Source: Clostridia bacterium (GTDB lineage Bacteria; Bacillota; Clostridia; Oscillospirales; CAG-272). Taken from it: a stretch of 52,214 nt of DNA. The stretch is taken from the NCBI GenBank assembly GCA_017481265.1, contig JAFUPK010000033.1, forward strand, positions 1-52,214. The letters run 5' to 3'. Under the pieces are notes generated by a model. It did no database searches. It was not told where the DNA came from and worked only from the letters and a program-made list of their open reading frames with translations. A program made the translations under genes and the position numbers. This document shows, piece by piece, positions 37,950 to 45,465 of this stretch (position 1 is its first letter; every line of letters starts with the position of its first letter).

Positions 37950-38108
37950 CTGTCACATTAAGAAAAATAATCGGCAAAATGCCATAGGAAACGTAGTGGA
38001 CAGAGCCATTGTTTACTGTACAAACAGGGGTGTCCATAAACGAAGCATCACAGACATAAAAAATGTCTTGATACACTGAAAAGGGACGACGCCCACGCCG
38101 TCCCCTAC
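37950..38108 (+). repeat. ~160-nt structured repeat, copy B (same orientation as copy A)
   Basis: CTGTCACATT...CGGCAA...CGTAGTGGACAG...CAGACAT-loop-ATGTCTTG...GGGACG-loop-CGTCCCCTAC. By hand alignment the first ~53 nt are roughly three-quarters identical to copy A. Confidence 0.7.
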
Positions 38109-38161
38109 CAAGGATCATATTTATGTTCCGAAAATAAAGCTATATAAATTTAGACAGATTC

Positions 38162-38198
38162 AAAAAATGCAGGGCAAACACCCTGCATTTCGTTTTTT
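38162..38198. terminator. bidirectional terminator between the ATPase gene and dapB
   Basis: AAAAAA-ATGCAGGG-CAAACA-CCCTGCAT-TTCGTTTTTT. Confidence 0.8.
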
Positions 38199-38203
38199 AT
38201 GAT

Positions 38204-38962
38204 TCACACAAGCTCCTTCACCACATCGTTCATGGTGTAGTAACCGGGCTTTGCACCCTTTAGAAAGATCGCCGCCTTGACAGCGCCTGCCGCAAAAAGA
38301 TCACGGCTTCCTGCACTGTGGGACAGGGTGATCACCTCATCACGGCCCGCAAAGATAACGCTGTGTTCACCGACTATGGTACCTCCGCGGATACTGTGTA
38401 TACCGATCTCACGCTTTTCACGCTCACGGCGGACAGAGTGTCTGTCATATATGTACTCCGCGTCCTCTCTCACGTCCCGTGCCGCATCAGCAAGCATAAG
38501 AGCCGTACCGCTTGGAGCATCGAGCTTCTTATTGTGGTGCGCCTCAACGATCTCGATGTCAAATTCCTCGCCGAGAGTTGCCGCTGTACGGCGTACAAGC
38601 TCCATCATAAGGTTGATTCCGAGAGACATATTTCGGGATTTCAGTATAGGCACGTACTTCGCCGCATCCTTTATAAGTGCGTCCTCCTCATCGGTATGTC
38701 CCGTAGTACAGATGACCACAGGAAGTGCGTGGGCTTTGGCGTACGCGAGAACGTCACCGATCACGGTATGATGGGAAATGTCGATTATAACGTCCGCATC
38801 GGTATCCACCTCAGCAAAGCTTCCCTTGACAGGAAAATCTGCACTTCCGCGAAGATCGACTCCGCAGACTATCTCAAGGTCGTCACGCTCAGCGGCAATA
38901 CGTGCAACAACTGTGCCGAGTCTGCCCGAGCAGCCCGACAGAATGATTCTTAAAGGTCTCAT
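38204..38962 (-). CDS. dapB: 4-hydroxy-tetrahydrodipicolinate reductase
   Basis: The N-terminal GCSGRLG Rossmann motif and the E(A)HHNKKLDAPSGTA catalytic block are present. Confidence 0.92.
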   Translation of the reverse strand: MRPLRIILSGCSGRLGTVVARIAAERDDLEIVCGVDLRGSADFPVKGSFAEVDTDADVIIDISHHTVIGDVLAYAKAHALPVVICTTGHTDEEDALIKDAAKYVPILKSRNMSLGINLMMELVRRTAATLGEEFDIEIVEAHHNKKLDAPSGTALMLADAARDVREDAEYIYDRHSVRREREKREIGIHSIRGGTIVGEHSVIFAGRDEVITLSHSAGSRDLFAAGAVKAAIFLKGAKPGYYTMNDVVKELV

Positions 38963-38988
38963 TTATACTTCCTTCTTTACGTTCAGTT

Positions 38989-39900
38989 TCAGCCGATAAG
39001 TCCTTCGCGTCTCATGGATGCCTTCAGCTTTTCAAAATTGCCATCGTCCATCTCGCAGAGAGGAAGTCGGATCTCCTCGGTGCACATACCCATAAGTGCG
39101 CAAGCCGCCTTTACGGGGATGGGGTTTGTCTCGATGAAGAGGTTGTTGATAAGGTGGAGAAGTCTGAGCTGGAGAGCGCGGGATGCGGCAACGTCACCCT
39201 TCACGAAAAGCTCACAGATGTCGTGCGTCTCCTTAGGCATGATATTGGAAAGAACGGAAATAACTCCGCGTCCGCCGAGAGACATGATGGGCACGATCTG
39301 ATCGTCATTTCCGCTGTAGATCGCAAGGTCGTCAGAAAGCTCTGCCGCGATCTCAGCTACCTGGCTGAGGTTTCCGGAAGCTTCCTTCACGCCAACTATA
39401 CGTTCGTGCTTTGCAAGCTCACGGAGAACGGAGACAGGCATATTCATACCCGTACGTGAGGGTACGTTATAAAGGATGATGGGCTTATCGGTAGCCTCTG
39501 CGGTGGAAAGGAAATTCTTTATAAGTCCCTTCGGAGAAGTCTTATTGTAATAGGGTGTTACGAGAAGAAGGGCATCGGCACCTACCTCGCAGGCATACTT
39601 AGAAAGCTCGTTTGCATAAGCTGTGTCATTGGAGCCTGTTCCCGCGATAACCGGGACTCTGCCTGCGGTCTTCTCAACGGTAAAACGGATGCACTCCTTG
39701 TGCTCATCGTCGGTAAGAGTTGCCGCCTCGCCTGTAGTTCCGCAGACAACGAGAGCGTCGATACCGCCTGCGATCTGAGAATCAATAAGCTTTCCGAATG
39801 CCTCGTAATCTACAAGACCGTTCTTCATAGGTGTGATAAGAGCTGTAGCCGCTCCCTCAAATACGATCTGCTTGTTAAAGTTTCCCATAGTGATTACCAT
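38989..39900 (-). CDS. dapA: 4-hydroxy-tetrahydrodipicolinate synthase
   Basis: TALITPM, GTTGE, and a catalytic Lys context (GVKEASG). An alternative start is at 39888. Confidence 0.92.
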   Translation of the reverse strand: MVITMGNFNKQIVFEGAATALITPMKNGLVDYEAFGKLIDSQIAGGIDALVVCGTTGEAATLTDDEHKECIRFTVEKTAGRVPVIAGTGSNDTAYANELSKYACEVGADALLLVTPYYNKTSPKGLIKNFLSTAEATDKPIILYNVPSRTGMNMPVSVLRELAKHERIVGVKEASGNLSQVAEIAAELSDDLAIYSGNDDQIVPIMSLGGRGVISVLSNIMPKETHDICELFVKGDVAASRALQLRLLHLINNLFIETNPIPVKAACALMGMCTEEIRLPLCEMDDGNFEKLKASMRREGLIG

Positions 39901-39965
39901 ACCTTTCTGCGGCTAAAAGCCGAATTATTGAGGAATATGCACCAAAAAAATCAAAATTCCTCTTG

Positions 39966-40213
39966 CAAAAAACAAAAACCGGTTGAAAACCGGCCGTCTG
40001 TGTAATATAATATACTCATCGCATAACTAAGCTTTGATGATACACAGATAGCCCTCCACCGTTTTCGCGGTGACAGTTCGCAGGCTTTCGCCAAGCGACC
40101 CAGACTCACCCTCCGCCTGACAAGTCTTCGGCATCCCTCGCCCTTCAACGGACACTCAGTCGGCAATGCGGTTGCCTCGTGACCGTCTACTCATCGGAGA
40201 CGCTCCTCTATCA
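39966..40213 (-). promoter_or_regulatory. lysine riboswitch (L-box) with a terminator, leader of dapA-dapB
   Basis: The minus strand reads GATAGAGGAGCG...GATGAGTAG...GGGCGAGGGATGCCGAAG...AACTGTCACCG...GGTGGAGGGCTATC. These match the conserved L-box blocks (AGAGGnGC, GAGTA, GCCGAAG, CTGTCA, TGGAG.GCTATC). A CCGGTT-TTC-AACCGG hairpin plus TTTTTGTTTTTT follows at about 39967-39996. Confidence 0.85.
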
Positions 40214-40252
40214 TTATATTTTGTGCGGCGACAGCTCGCCACTCATGAAACT

Positions 40253-40281
40253 ATATTATCACAAATCACGTGTATTGTCAA
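40253..40281 (-). promoter_or_regulatory. sigma-A promoter driving the L-box leader
   Basis: On the minus strand: TTGACA, 17 nt, TAATAT, about 40 nt upstream of the first riboswitch block. Confidence 0.6.
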
Positions 40282-40315
40282 GCATATATTCAATATTATC
40301 GGAGAAAATCTTATC

Positions 40316-41419
40316 ATGATAAAAAACTCCCTGCCCGAAACCACACTTACCCTCTCGGACTTTCATTACGATCTTCCCGAGGAACGTATAGCACAGACTC
40401 CCGTATATCCCCGCGACTCCTCACGGCTTATGGTCATCGACCGCAAAAGCGGCGAAAGAGAGCACAAGGTCTTCAGCGATATTATCGACTATCTTGAGGA
40501 AGGTGACACACTGGTTATCAACGAGACGAGGGTTATCCCCGCGCGTATAATCGGGCACCGTTCGTACCGTTTTGACGCGTCACTCGGTAAGTGTGTCAAA
40601 ACCGACAGTACCTCCCCTGTGGAGCTTCTTCTCTTAAAGCAGATCGAAAACGATCTTTGGGAGGCTTTGGCAGGTCCCGGTAAGCGCGCTAAGGTTGGGG
40701 ACGTTATTGAGTTCGGTGACGGCAAGCTGACCGCAAAGGTGGAAGCCATCGTTGACGGCGGATGCCGCAGGGTACGCTTCACTCCCGCATCATGCTACGA
40801 TTCCCTGTTCGATGCCCTTGACGACCTCGGCACCATGCCTCTGCCGCCGTATATTACAGAAAAGCTTGAGGATCAGGACCGTTATCAGACAGTATACTCA
40901 AAAACGCAGGGCTCAGCCGCGGCACCCACAGCAGGACTCCACTTTACCGAGGAGCTTCTTGATAGAATCGAAGAAAAAGGTATTAAAATTGCCCGCGTGC
41001 TTCTCCACGTAGGGCTTGGAACTTTCCGCCCCGTGAAGGAAGAAAACATCACCGATCATGAAATGCACTCGGAGTTCATTTGCGTTACCGATGAAACTGC
41101 CGAGCTTATCAACTCAAGACGTGCCGCAGGCGGACGTACCGTAGCTGTAGGCACTACATCCTGCCGAGTTCTCGAAAGTGTATCGGGAGACGACGGACTT
41201 GTGAAAGCATACTCGGGAGACACGGGAATATTCATCTACCCCGGCTACACCTTCAAGGCGACCGACGCACTCATCACAAACTTCCACCTGCCCGAAAGTA
41301 CCCTTCTCATGCTGGTCTCCGCTTTTGCAGACCGTGAGCTTATGCTTGACGCGTATGATGAGGCTGTACGCGAGAAGTACAGATTCTTCTCATTCGGCGA
41401 CGCGATGTTTATTCGATAA
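40316..41419 (+). CDS. queA: S-adenosylmethionine:tRNA ribosyltransferase-isomerase
   Basis: [17 protein letters not shown] is the N-terminus. [17 protein letters not shown] and [10 protein letters not shown] are present. The start is the ATG at 40316, since the ORF-track extension to 40166 overlaps the riboswitch and promoter. Confidence 0.93.
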   Translation: MIKNSLPETTLTLSDFHYDLPEERIAQTPVYPRDSSRLMVIDRKSGEREHKVFSDIIDYLEEGDTLVINETRVIPARIIGHRSYRFDASLGKCVKTDSTSPVELLLLKQIENDLWEALAGPGKRAKVGDVIEFGDGKLTAKVEAIVDGGCRRVRFTPASCYDSLFDALDDLGTMPLPPYITEKLEDQDRYQTVYSKTQGSAAAPTAGLHFTEELLDRIEEKGIKIARVLLHVGLGTFRPVKEENITDHEMHSEFICVTDETAELINSRRAAGGRTVAVGTTSCRVLESVSGDDGLVKAYSGDTGIFIYPGYTFKATDALITNFHLPESTLLMLVSAFADRELMLDAYDEAVREKYRFFSFGDAMFIR

Positions 41420-41421
41420 AA
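41392..41421 (+). repeat. left copy of a 30-nt direct duplication (the last codons and stop of queA)
   Basis: ATTCGGCGACGCGATGTTTATTCGATAAAA compared with 41503-41532 ATTCGGTGACACGATGTTTATTCGATAAAA gives 28/30 identity. Confidence 0.9.
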
Positions 41422-41430
41422 GAAAAACGT

Positions 41431-41482
41431 CGTAGGGGTCATTCATGAATGACCCGCGGGCGATTCGTGAATCGCCCCTACG
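41431..41482. repeat. double-hairpin palindromic element (CGTAGGGG...CCCCTACG)
   Basis: CGTAGG-GGTCATTC-ATG-AATGACC-CGCG-GGCGATTC-GTG-AATCGCC-CCTACG. It consists of two tandem hairpins closed by an outer stem. Confidence 0.85.
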
Positions 41483-41502
41483 ATTATCTTATATCCCATA
41501 CA

Positions 41503-41532
41503 ATTCGGTGACACGATGTTTATTCGATAAAA
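41503..41532 (+). repeat. right copy of the 30-nt direct duplication (non-coding copy of the queA 3' end)
   Basis: See 41392-41421. Confidence 0.9.
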
Positions 41533-41552
41533 ATCAGGTAAGGAGGCCCACT

Positions 41553-41804
41553 ATGTTTGGAATCTTACTATACGACATATTATTCTTTTCAATTCCGATT
41601 ATCTTAATAGCCTTGTTCGGAATCAGTGTGTACCGCTACGTATCTGCAAAGAAACAAAACAAGGCGGCACCGGGCACTTTTTCTGATGATGAAATCAAAA
41701 AGCGCAAAATAATGCTGATCGTACTGTCTGTTATTACCGCCGTTCTTGCGGCAATCGTTATTGGTTTTATCGTCCTTTTGTTTATGGCTGTTGCCTTTAT
41801 GTGA
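41553..41804 (+). CDS. small two-TM membrane protein
   Basis: AGGAGG lies 6 nt upstream of the ATG at 41553. The 83-aa product is MFGILLYDILFFSIPIILIALFGISVY...MLIVLSVITAVLAAIVIGFIVLLFMAVAF. Confidence 0.6.
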   Translation: MFGILLYDILFFSIPIILIALFGISVYRYVSAKKQNKAAPGTFSDDEIKKRKIMLIVLSVITAVLAAIVIGFIVLLFMAVAFM

Positions 41805-41812
41805 GGTGAATT

Positions 41813-41956
41813 ATGAAGGATCGCACTTTTTTAATTATACTCCTCTCGGTTATAGGTATATGCCTTGCTTTGACTGTAGCACACTTTATTTATGCGATCT
41901 ATGCTTACGAACACTGCTCTATTATCTATTTTATCGGAAAGGAGCTGTGGGGATAA
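41813..41956 (+). CDS. 47-aa single-TM micro-protein (absent from the ORF track)
   Basis: My own translation is MKDRTFLIILLSVIGICLALTVAHFIYAIYAYEHCSIIYFIGKELWG. A GAGGTGA RBS overlaps the previous stop. Its stop abuts the next ATG (TAAATG). Confidence 0.45.
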   Translation: MKDRTFLIILLSVIGICLALTVAHFIYAIYAYEHCSIIYFIGKELWG

Positions 41957-42958
41957 ATGAAGCTTGGAAAACAGATCGCTGCTATAGTTTTGGTAGTTGC
42001 ATTATTTGCGTCATTCAATTTGAGTATGTATCAGCTACTCACCCGCAGACTATCCAATAATTTTAGCGGTGCAACTCAGGCACAAATGATTGATGTGAGA
42101 AATTACCTTCCGTATGAGGAAGGCTCTGACCTCCCCAAGATAGATTCCTCGCTGAAGCTCACAGATAACCTCCCTGTTCTCGACGATGCCGCTGCATTGG
42201 TTCCCGTTTATGCTGCTGTGATTGATAACGTCTATCCCGAAGGCTGTGTCACCTATGAAGGCGGAGAATTTTCGGACGACAATTACTACGGCGAAAATTT
42301 TGCGGAAGACAGTGCTATGCAGTATAAAAACACGGTACGAGGCTATCAATCAATCGTGGACTGCACAACTGACATTCTGTTTTGTGCAGGTCCTTCTGCG
42401 GAGCAGAAACAGTATGCCGAGGAAAAAGGCGTAGAACTGGTATATATCCCCATCGGATTAGAAGGCTTTGTGTTTTTCGTAAACGAGAACAATCCGGTTG
42501 ATGATCTTACCGTTGAGCAGATCCGCAAGATCTATGCCTGCGAATATACCAACTGGAAAGAGCTTGGCGGAGCTAATCGAATTATCAATCCCGTTACACG
42601 ACTGGAAGGCAGCGGAAGTCAGACCACCTTTGAATCCTTTATGGGAGAGTATAAGATCGGCCGCAAATCTCCGCTTGCCATAACCGGGGCATCCATCGGT
42701 TTTTCATTCCGATATTACATGGACGGTATTGTAGAGAATGATGCAGTAAAGATGCTCTCGCTCAATGGAGTATATCCAAGTGCCGAGAACATTCAGAATA
42801 GAAGTTATCCGATAGTTGCACAGTTTTATGCTATCTATCGTGCAGATAATGACAACGAGAATATCCCTGTCTTGATTGACTGGCTCTTGTCCGAAGAAGG
42901 TCAGACACTTATTGAAGAAACGGGATATGTAAGTATAAGGACAAAATATGACAAATAA
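41957..42958 (+). CDS. membrane-anchored PstS-like (PBP-like 2) substrate-binding protein, without adjacent permease or ATPase genes
   Basis: N-terminal TM anchor. LTVEQIRKIY...W.ELGG and GSGSQTTF blocks are typical of the phosphate-binding PstS family. It overlaps miaA by 11 nt. Confidence 0.65.
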   Translation: MKLGKQIAAIVLVVALFASFNLSMYQLLTRRLSNNFSGATQAQMIDVRNYLPYEEGSDLPKIDSSLKLTDNLPVLDDAAALVPVYAAVIDNVYPEGCVTYEGGEFSDDNYYGENFAEDSAMQYKNTVRGYQSIVDCTTDILFCAGPSAEQKQYAEEKGVELVYIPIGLEGFVFFVNENNPVDDLTVEQIRKIYACEYTNWKELGGANRIINPVTRLEGSGSQTTFESFMGEYKIGRKSPLAITGASIGFSFRYYMDGIVENDAVKMLSLNGVYPSAENIQNRSYPIVAQFYAIYRADNDNENIPVLIDWLLSEEGQTLIEETGYVSIRTKYDK

Positions 42959-43898
42959 AACAAAGATACTCGCCGTGGGCGGTTCAACTGCTTCAGGCAA
43001 GAGTGCGCTGGCTCTCGCCCTTGCCGAAAGGCTCGGCGGTGAGATAGTCTCCTGCGACTCCATGGCAATATACCGCGGCATGGATATCGGCACCGCAAAG
43101 CCCACACCCGATGAGCTTCGCCGCGTTCCGCACCATATGATCGACGTATGTGAGCCTGATGTAAGCTTCTCTGCCGCTGATTGGGTAGAGGGAGCCGCCA
43201 AAGCCATTGAGGACATCAGTTCACGCGGACGGCTGCCCATAATCTGCGGAGGTACGGGAATGTACCTTGATGCTCTTCTCCGTCCCATTTCCTTCTCGGA
43301 AGCCGAGGGTGTCGGAACAAATGAAGCTCTCAGAGAAGAGCTCCGTCTTTTTGCTGAAGAAAACGGAAATGAGGCGCTCCATCGACGGCTTTGTGAGATA
43401 GACCCTGAATCTGCGGAAAAGTCTCACCCTAACAATGTAAAAAGAGTCATTCGCGCACTTGAAATATACTACTCAACAGGCAAGACTAAGACTGAGTGGG
43501 ACCGCGAGAGTACAATGGGTGAGTCTCCCTACGACTATAGGATCGTCACTCTCGATTACGAGAAGCGCGACATACTTTATTCACGGATCGACCGCAGAGT
43601 TGACATAATGATAAAAGACGGGCTTGAAAGCGAGGTTCGTTCACTTTACGAAAAGGGACAGCTTCCCGAAGGCTCAACCGCGGCTCAGGGCATCGGATAC
43701 AAAGAGATGCTTCTGCACGTTACGGGTGATTTGCCGCTTAAAGCTGCTGTGGAGCTTATCAAGAAGAACACCCGTAACTATGCAAAGCGCCAGATCACAT
43801 GGTTCAAGCGATACCGTGACATAAGCGTCATCCCCGATGAAGGCGGTATAATGAAAAATACTACTGCCCTTTCAGATGAAGTTATTGCACATTTATAA
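42948..43898 (+). CDS. miaA: tRNA dimethylallyltransferase
   Basis: GGSTASGKSALALALAERLGGEIVSCDSMAIYRGMDIGTAKPT is the P-loop signature. QITWFK is present. Confidence 0.93.
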   Translation: MTNKTKILAVGGSTASGKSALALALAERLGGEIVSCDSMAIYRGMDIGTAKPTPDELRRVPHHMIDVCEPDVSFSAADWVEGAAKAIEDISSRGRLPIICGGTGMYLDALLRPISFSEAEGVGTNEALREELRLFAEENGNEALHRRLCEIDPESAEKSHPNNVKRVIRALEIYYSTGKTKTEWDRESTMGESPYDYRIVTLDYEKRDILYSRIDRRVDIMIKDGLESEVRSLYEKGQLPEGSTAAQGIGYKEMLLHVTGDLPLKAAVELIKKNTRNYAKRQITWFKRYRDISVIPDEGGIMKNTTALSDEVIAHL

Positions 43899-43905
43899 TA
43901 CATAA

Positions 43906-43923
43906 CTGCCCCTTTTGGGGCAG
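43906..43923 (+). terminator. hairpin after miaA (no T-run; possibly a disrupted terminator)
   Basis: CTGCCCC-TTTT-GGGGCAG. Confidence 0.4.
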
Positions 43924-43930
43924 TCAGGCC

Positions 43931-44110
43931 GCTGACAAAGGTCTTGCGCTGACAAAATGCACAAAAGTTTTGATCGACCTTTTTTAAAAGGGCGCAGGGT
44001 CTTGGGACGGAGTCCCGAGTCGCACTCCGCAGAGTGCGAAATCCCCCTTATTCGTCCAAAAAGCGACCCGCAGGTCGCGCATTCCTTTTACTTTTGATTT
44101 AGTCTTTGTT
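43931..44110 (-). repeat. ~180-nt multi-hairpin interspersed repeat, copy 2 (inverted relative to copy 1)
   Basis: Its reverse complement aligns with 12292-12490 with only a handful of mismatches, apart from one swapped hairpin module. Confidence 0.9.
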
Positions 44111-44249
44111 TTATTTGACAAACCCTGTGCTTTCGCACAGGGTTTGTCAGCAAGCTGGAGCTCCCGCAGGGAGCCTTTTGTTTCTTCTCACCGAATGTCT
44201 ATCAATTTTTCTGACAAGCACTGAAGTCCTGCGCAAGTGCAACAATGCG

Positions 44250-45293
44250 TTATTGTACAATCAACGATTTAAAGTCCTCTGCTTCTCTGATAGGATCAAA
44301 GCAACGGTTGTTATTCAAACAGCGAATGAAATCATCAACATCGGTTATATCGGAATCTGTAACGGAACGTTCTTGTTCGATAAGTGAAAATAGCGGAGCT
44401 GTGAACTTTATTGTCTTTTTTTGATTTATTTTTGTCATTTCTTCCGCATGGTACCTTGCTTTTTTCAGTTCTTCTAATACACAGTCATATTGATGTGTTT
44501 TGCAAAAGCAAAAGGCTTTGCTGATAGAATTGTATTGCAGAGTATTGTGATAATACTGAAAATTCCCGTCCGGAAACATAATATTCAGTATTTTTTCAAC
44601 GGCATCATACACTTCTAATGAGTCTTGACCGAATCTTAGCTGAAAGAGAAAGCTATTTAATTTTGTATTTGTAAGGTGCTGACAATGCTTTTTCCTTTCT
44701 TCACCCTCCAGGCACCAGCAAAGCAACTCATCCCTTTTCTCCTCATTCTCTTCTAACATAGCGTAATACTTGGCTTCGTTCTTTTTTTGATTACAGCTAA
44801 GTGCAAGAACGATTCCGAACAACGCTTTGGAATATAGTTTCGAATCCTTGGTGTTCTCCAAAACCAATTTATAATGTTTTGCTGAACTTTCAAGCAAACG
44901 AGTATATTCACTATTATCCAAGGTCGGCATAGCAACATAATATTCTGCCGATGCTAACCATTCCACATATTCCATATTTCCCGGATACTCAGTAACCGCA
45001 CGCAGGGCGATCTGATAATTCTTTTCTTTGTCGTCGTGTTCCCAATATTTATAAAATGCTTCGTCAAATTCCGCTTTTCTCAAATCCTTTTGGTAGGATT
45101 CCATTCCAAGCAGATAATCAGTTGTCACATTGAATAAATTGGCAAGCGGCGGTAATAAAGAAATGTCGGGCATGGCAGCATCAGTTTCCCAACGGCTGAC
45201 TGCCTGCGGAGAAATAGAAAGAAGTTCTGCAAGACTTTCTTGTGTCATATTGGCTTCTTTGCGAAGCACTTTAATCGTTTGTCCAAATGTCAT
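44250..45293 (-). CDS. XRE-family HTH transcriptional regulator with a ~280-aa helical-repeat (TPR/RNPP-like) C-terminal domain
   Basis: The HTH is TFGQTIKVLRKEANMTQESLAELLSISPQAVSRWETDAAMPDISLLPPLANLFNVTTDYLLG. AGGAGA lies 6 nt upstream of the ATG at 45293. The gene is AT-rich. Confidence 0.75.
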   Translation of the reverse strand: MTFGQTIKVLRKEANMTQESLAELLSISPQAVSRWETDAAMPDISLLPPLANLFNVTTDYLLGMESYQKDLRKAEFDEAFYKYWEHDDKEKNYQIALRAVTEYPGNMEYVEWLASAEYYVAMPTLDNSEYTRLLESSAKHYKLVLENTKDSKLYSKALFGIVLALSCNQKKNEAKYYAMLEENEEKRDELLCWCLEGEERKKHCQHLTNTKLNSFLFQLRFGQDSLEVYDAVEKILNIMFPDGNFQYYHNTLQYNSISKAFCFCKTHQYDCVLEELKKARYHAEEMTKINQKKTIKFTAPLFSLIEQERSVTDSDITDVDDFIRCLNNNRCFDPIREAEDFKSLIVQ

Positions 45294-45335
45294 GTGCATT
45301 CTCCTAAACATATTACTTGACCGGTCTGTGATTAT

Positions 45336-45364
45336 ATTATACCAAGTATTTAACTATTTGTCCA
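45336..45364 (-). promoter_or_regulatory. sigma-A-type promoter of the XRE-TPR gene
   Basis: On the minus strand: TGGACA, 17 nt, TATAAT. Confidence 0.5.
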
Positions 45365-45465
45365 CCTCTCAATAATTGAGAGGATATAAACCGAAAATTG
45401 AGTCAGACATAAAAGTTTGGCGCACCTGTTTTGTCACAGGTACGCCAAAAAGGGGCAGTTTTATG

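Noticed and set aside
37927-38118. A 63-aa minus-strand ORF downstream of the orphan ATPase, considered as a potential partner or effector.
   Set aside because: It lies entirely inside structured repeat copy B. It is Arg/Gly-rich at its start, has no RBS, and has the wrong orientation for co-transcription.
40166-40315. N-terminal extensions offered by the ORF track for queA, and similarly for pheS (47290-47472), clpP (34574-34786), rbgA (27698-27796), pepT (17175-17276), uxaB (8192-8224), the ECF sigma (3409-3510) and the small TM protein (41445-41552).
   Set aside because: The extensions overlap riboswitch or T-box leaders, repeats, terminators or upstream genes. The downstream ATGs have proper Shine-Dalgarno sequences and reproduce the conserved family N-termini.
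44106-44387. A 93-aa + strand ORF, and a 14-codon GTG-initiated minus-strand ORF (about 44155-44199), both considered as a candidate pheromone gene for the XRE-TPR regulator.
   Set aside because: The 93-aa ORF overlaps the regulator's 3' end and the repeat hairpins. The 14-codon ORF coincides with a hairpin (GGAGCTCCC-GCA-GGGAGCC) and has no RBS or signal-like sequence. Neither is supported.
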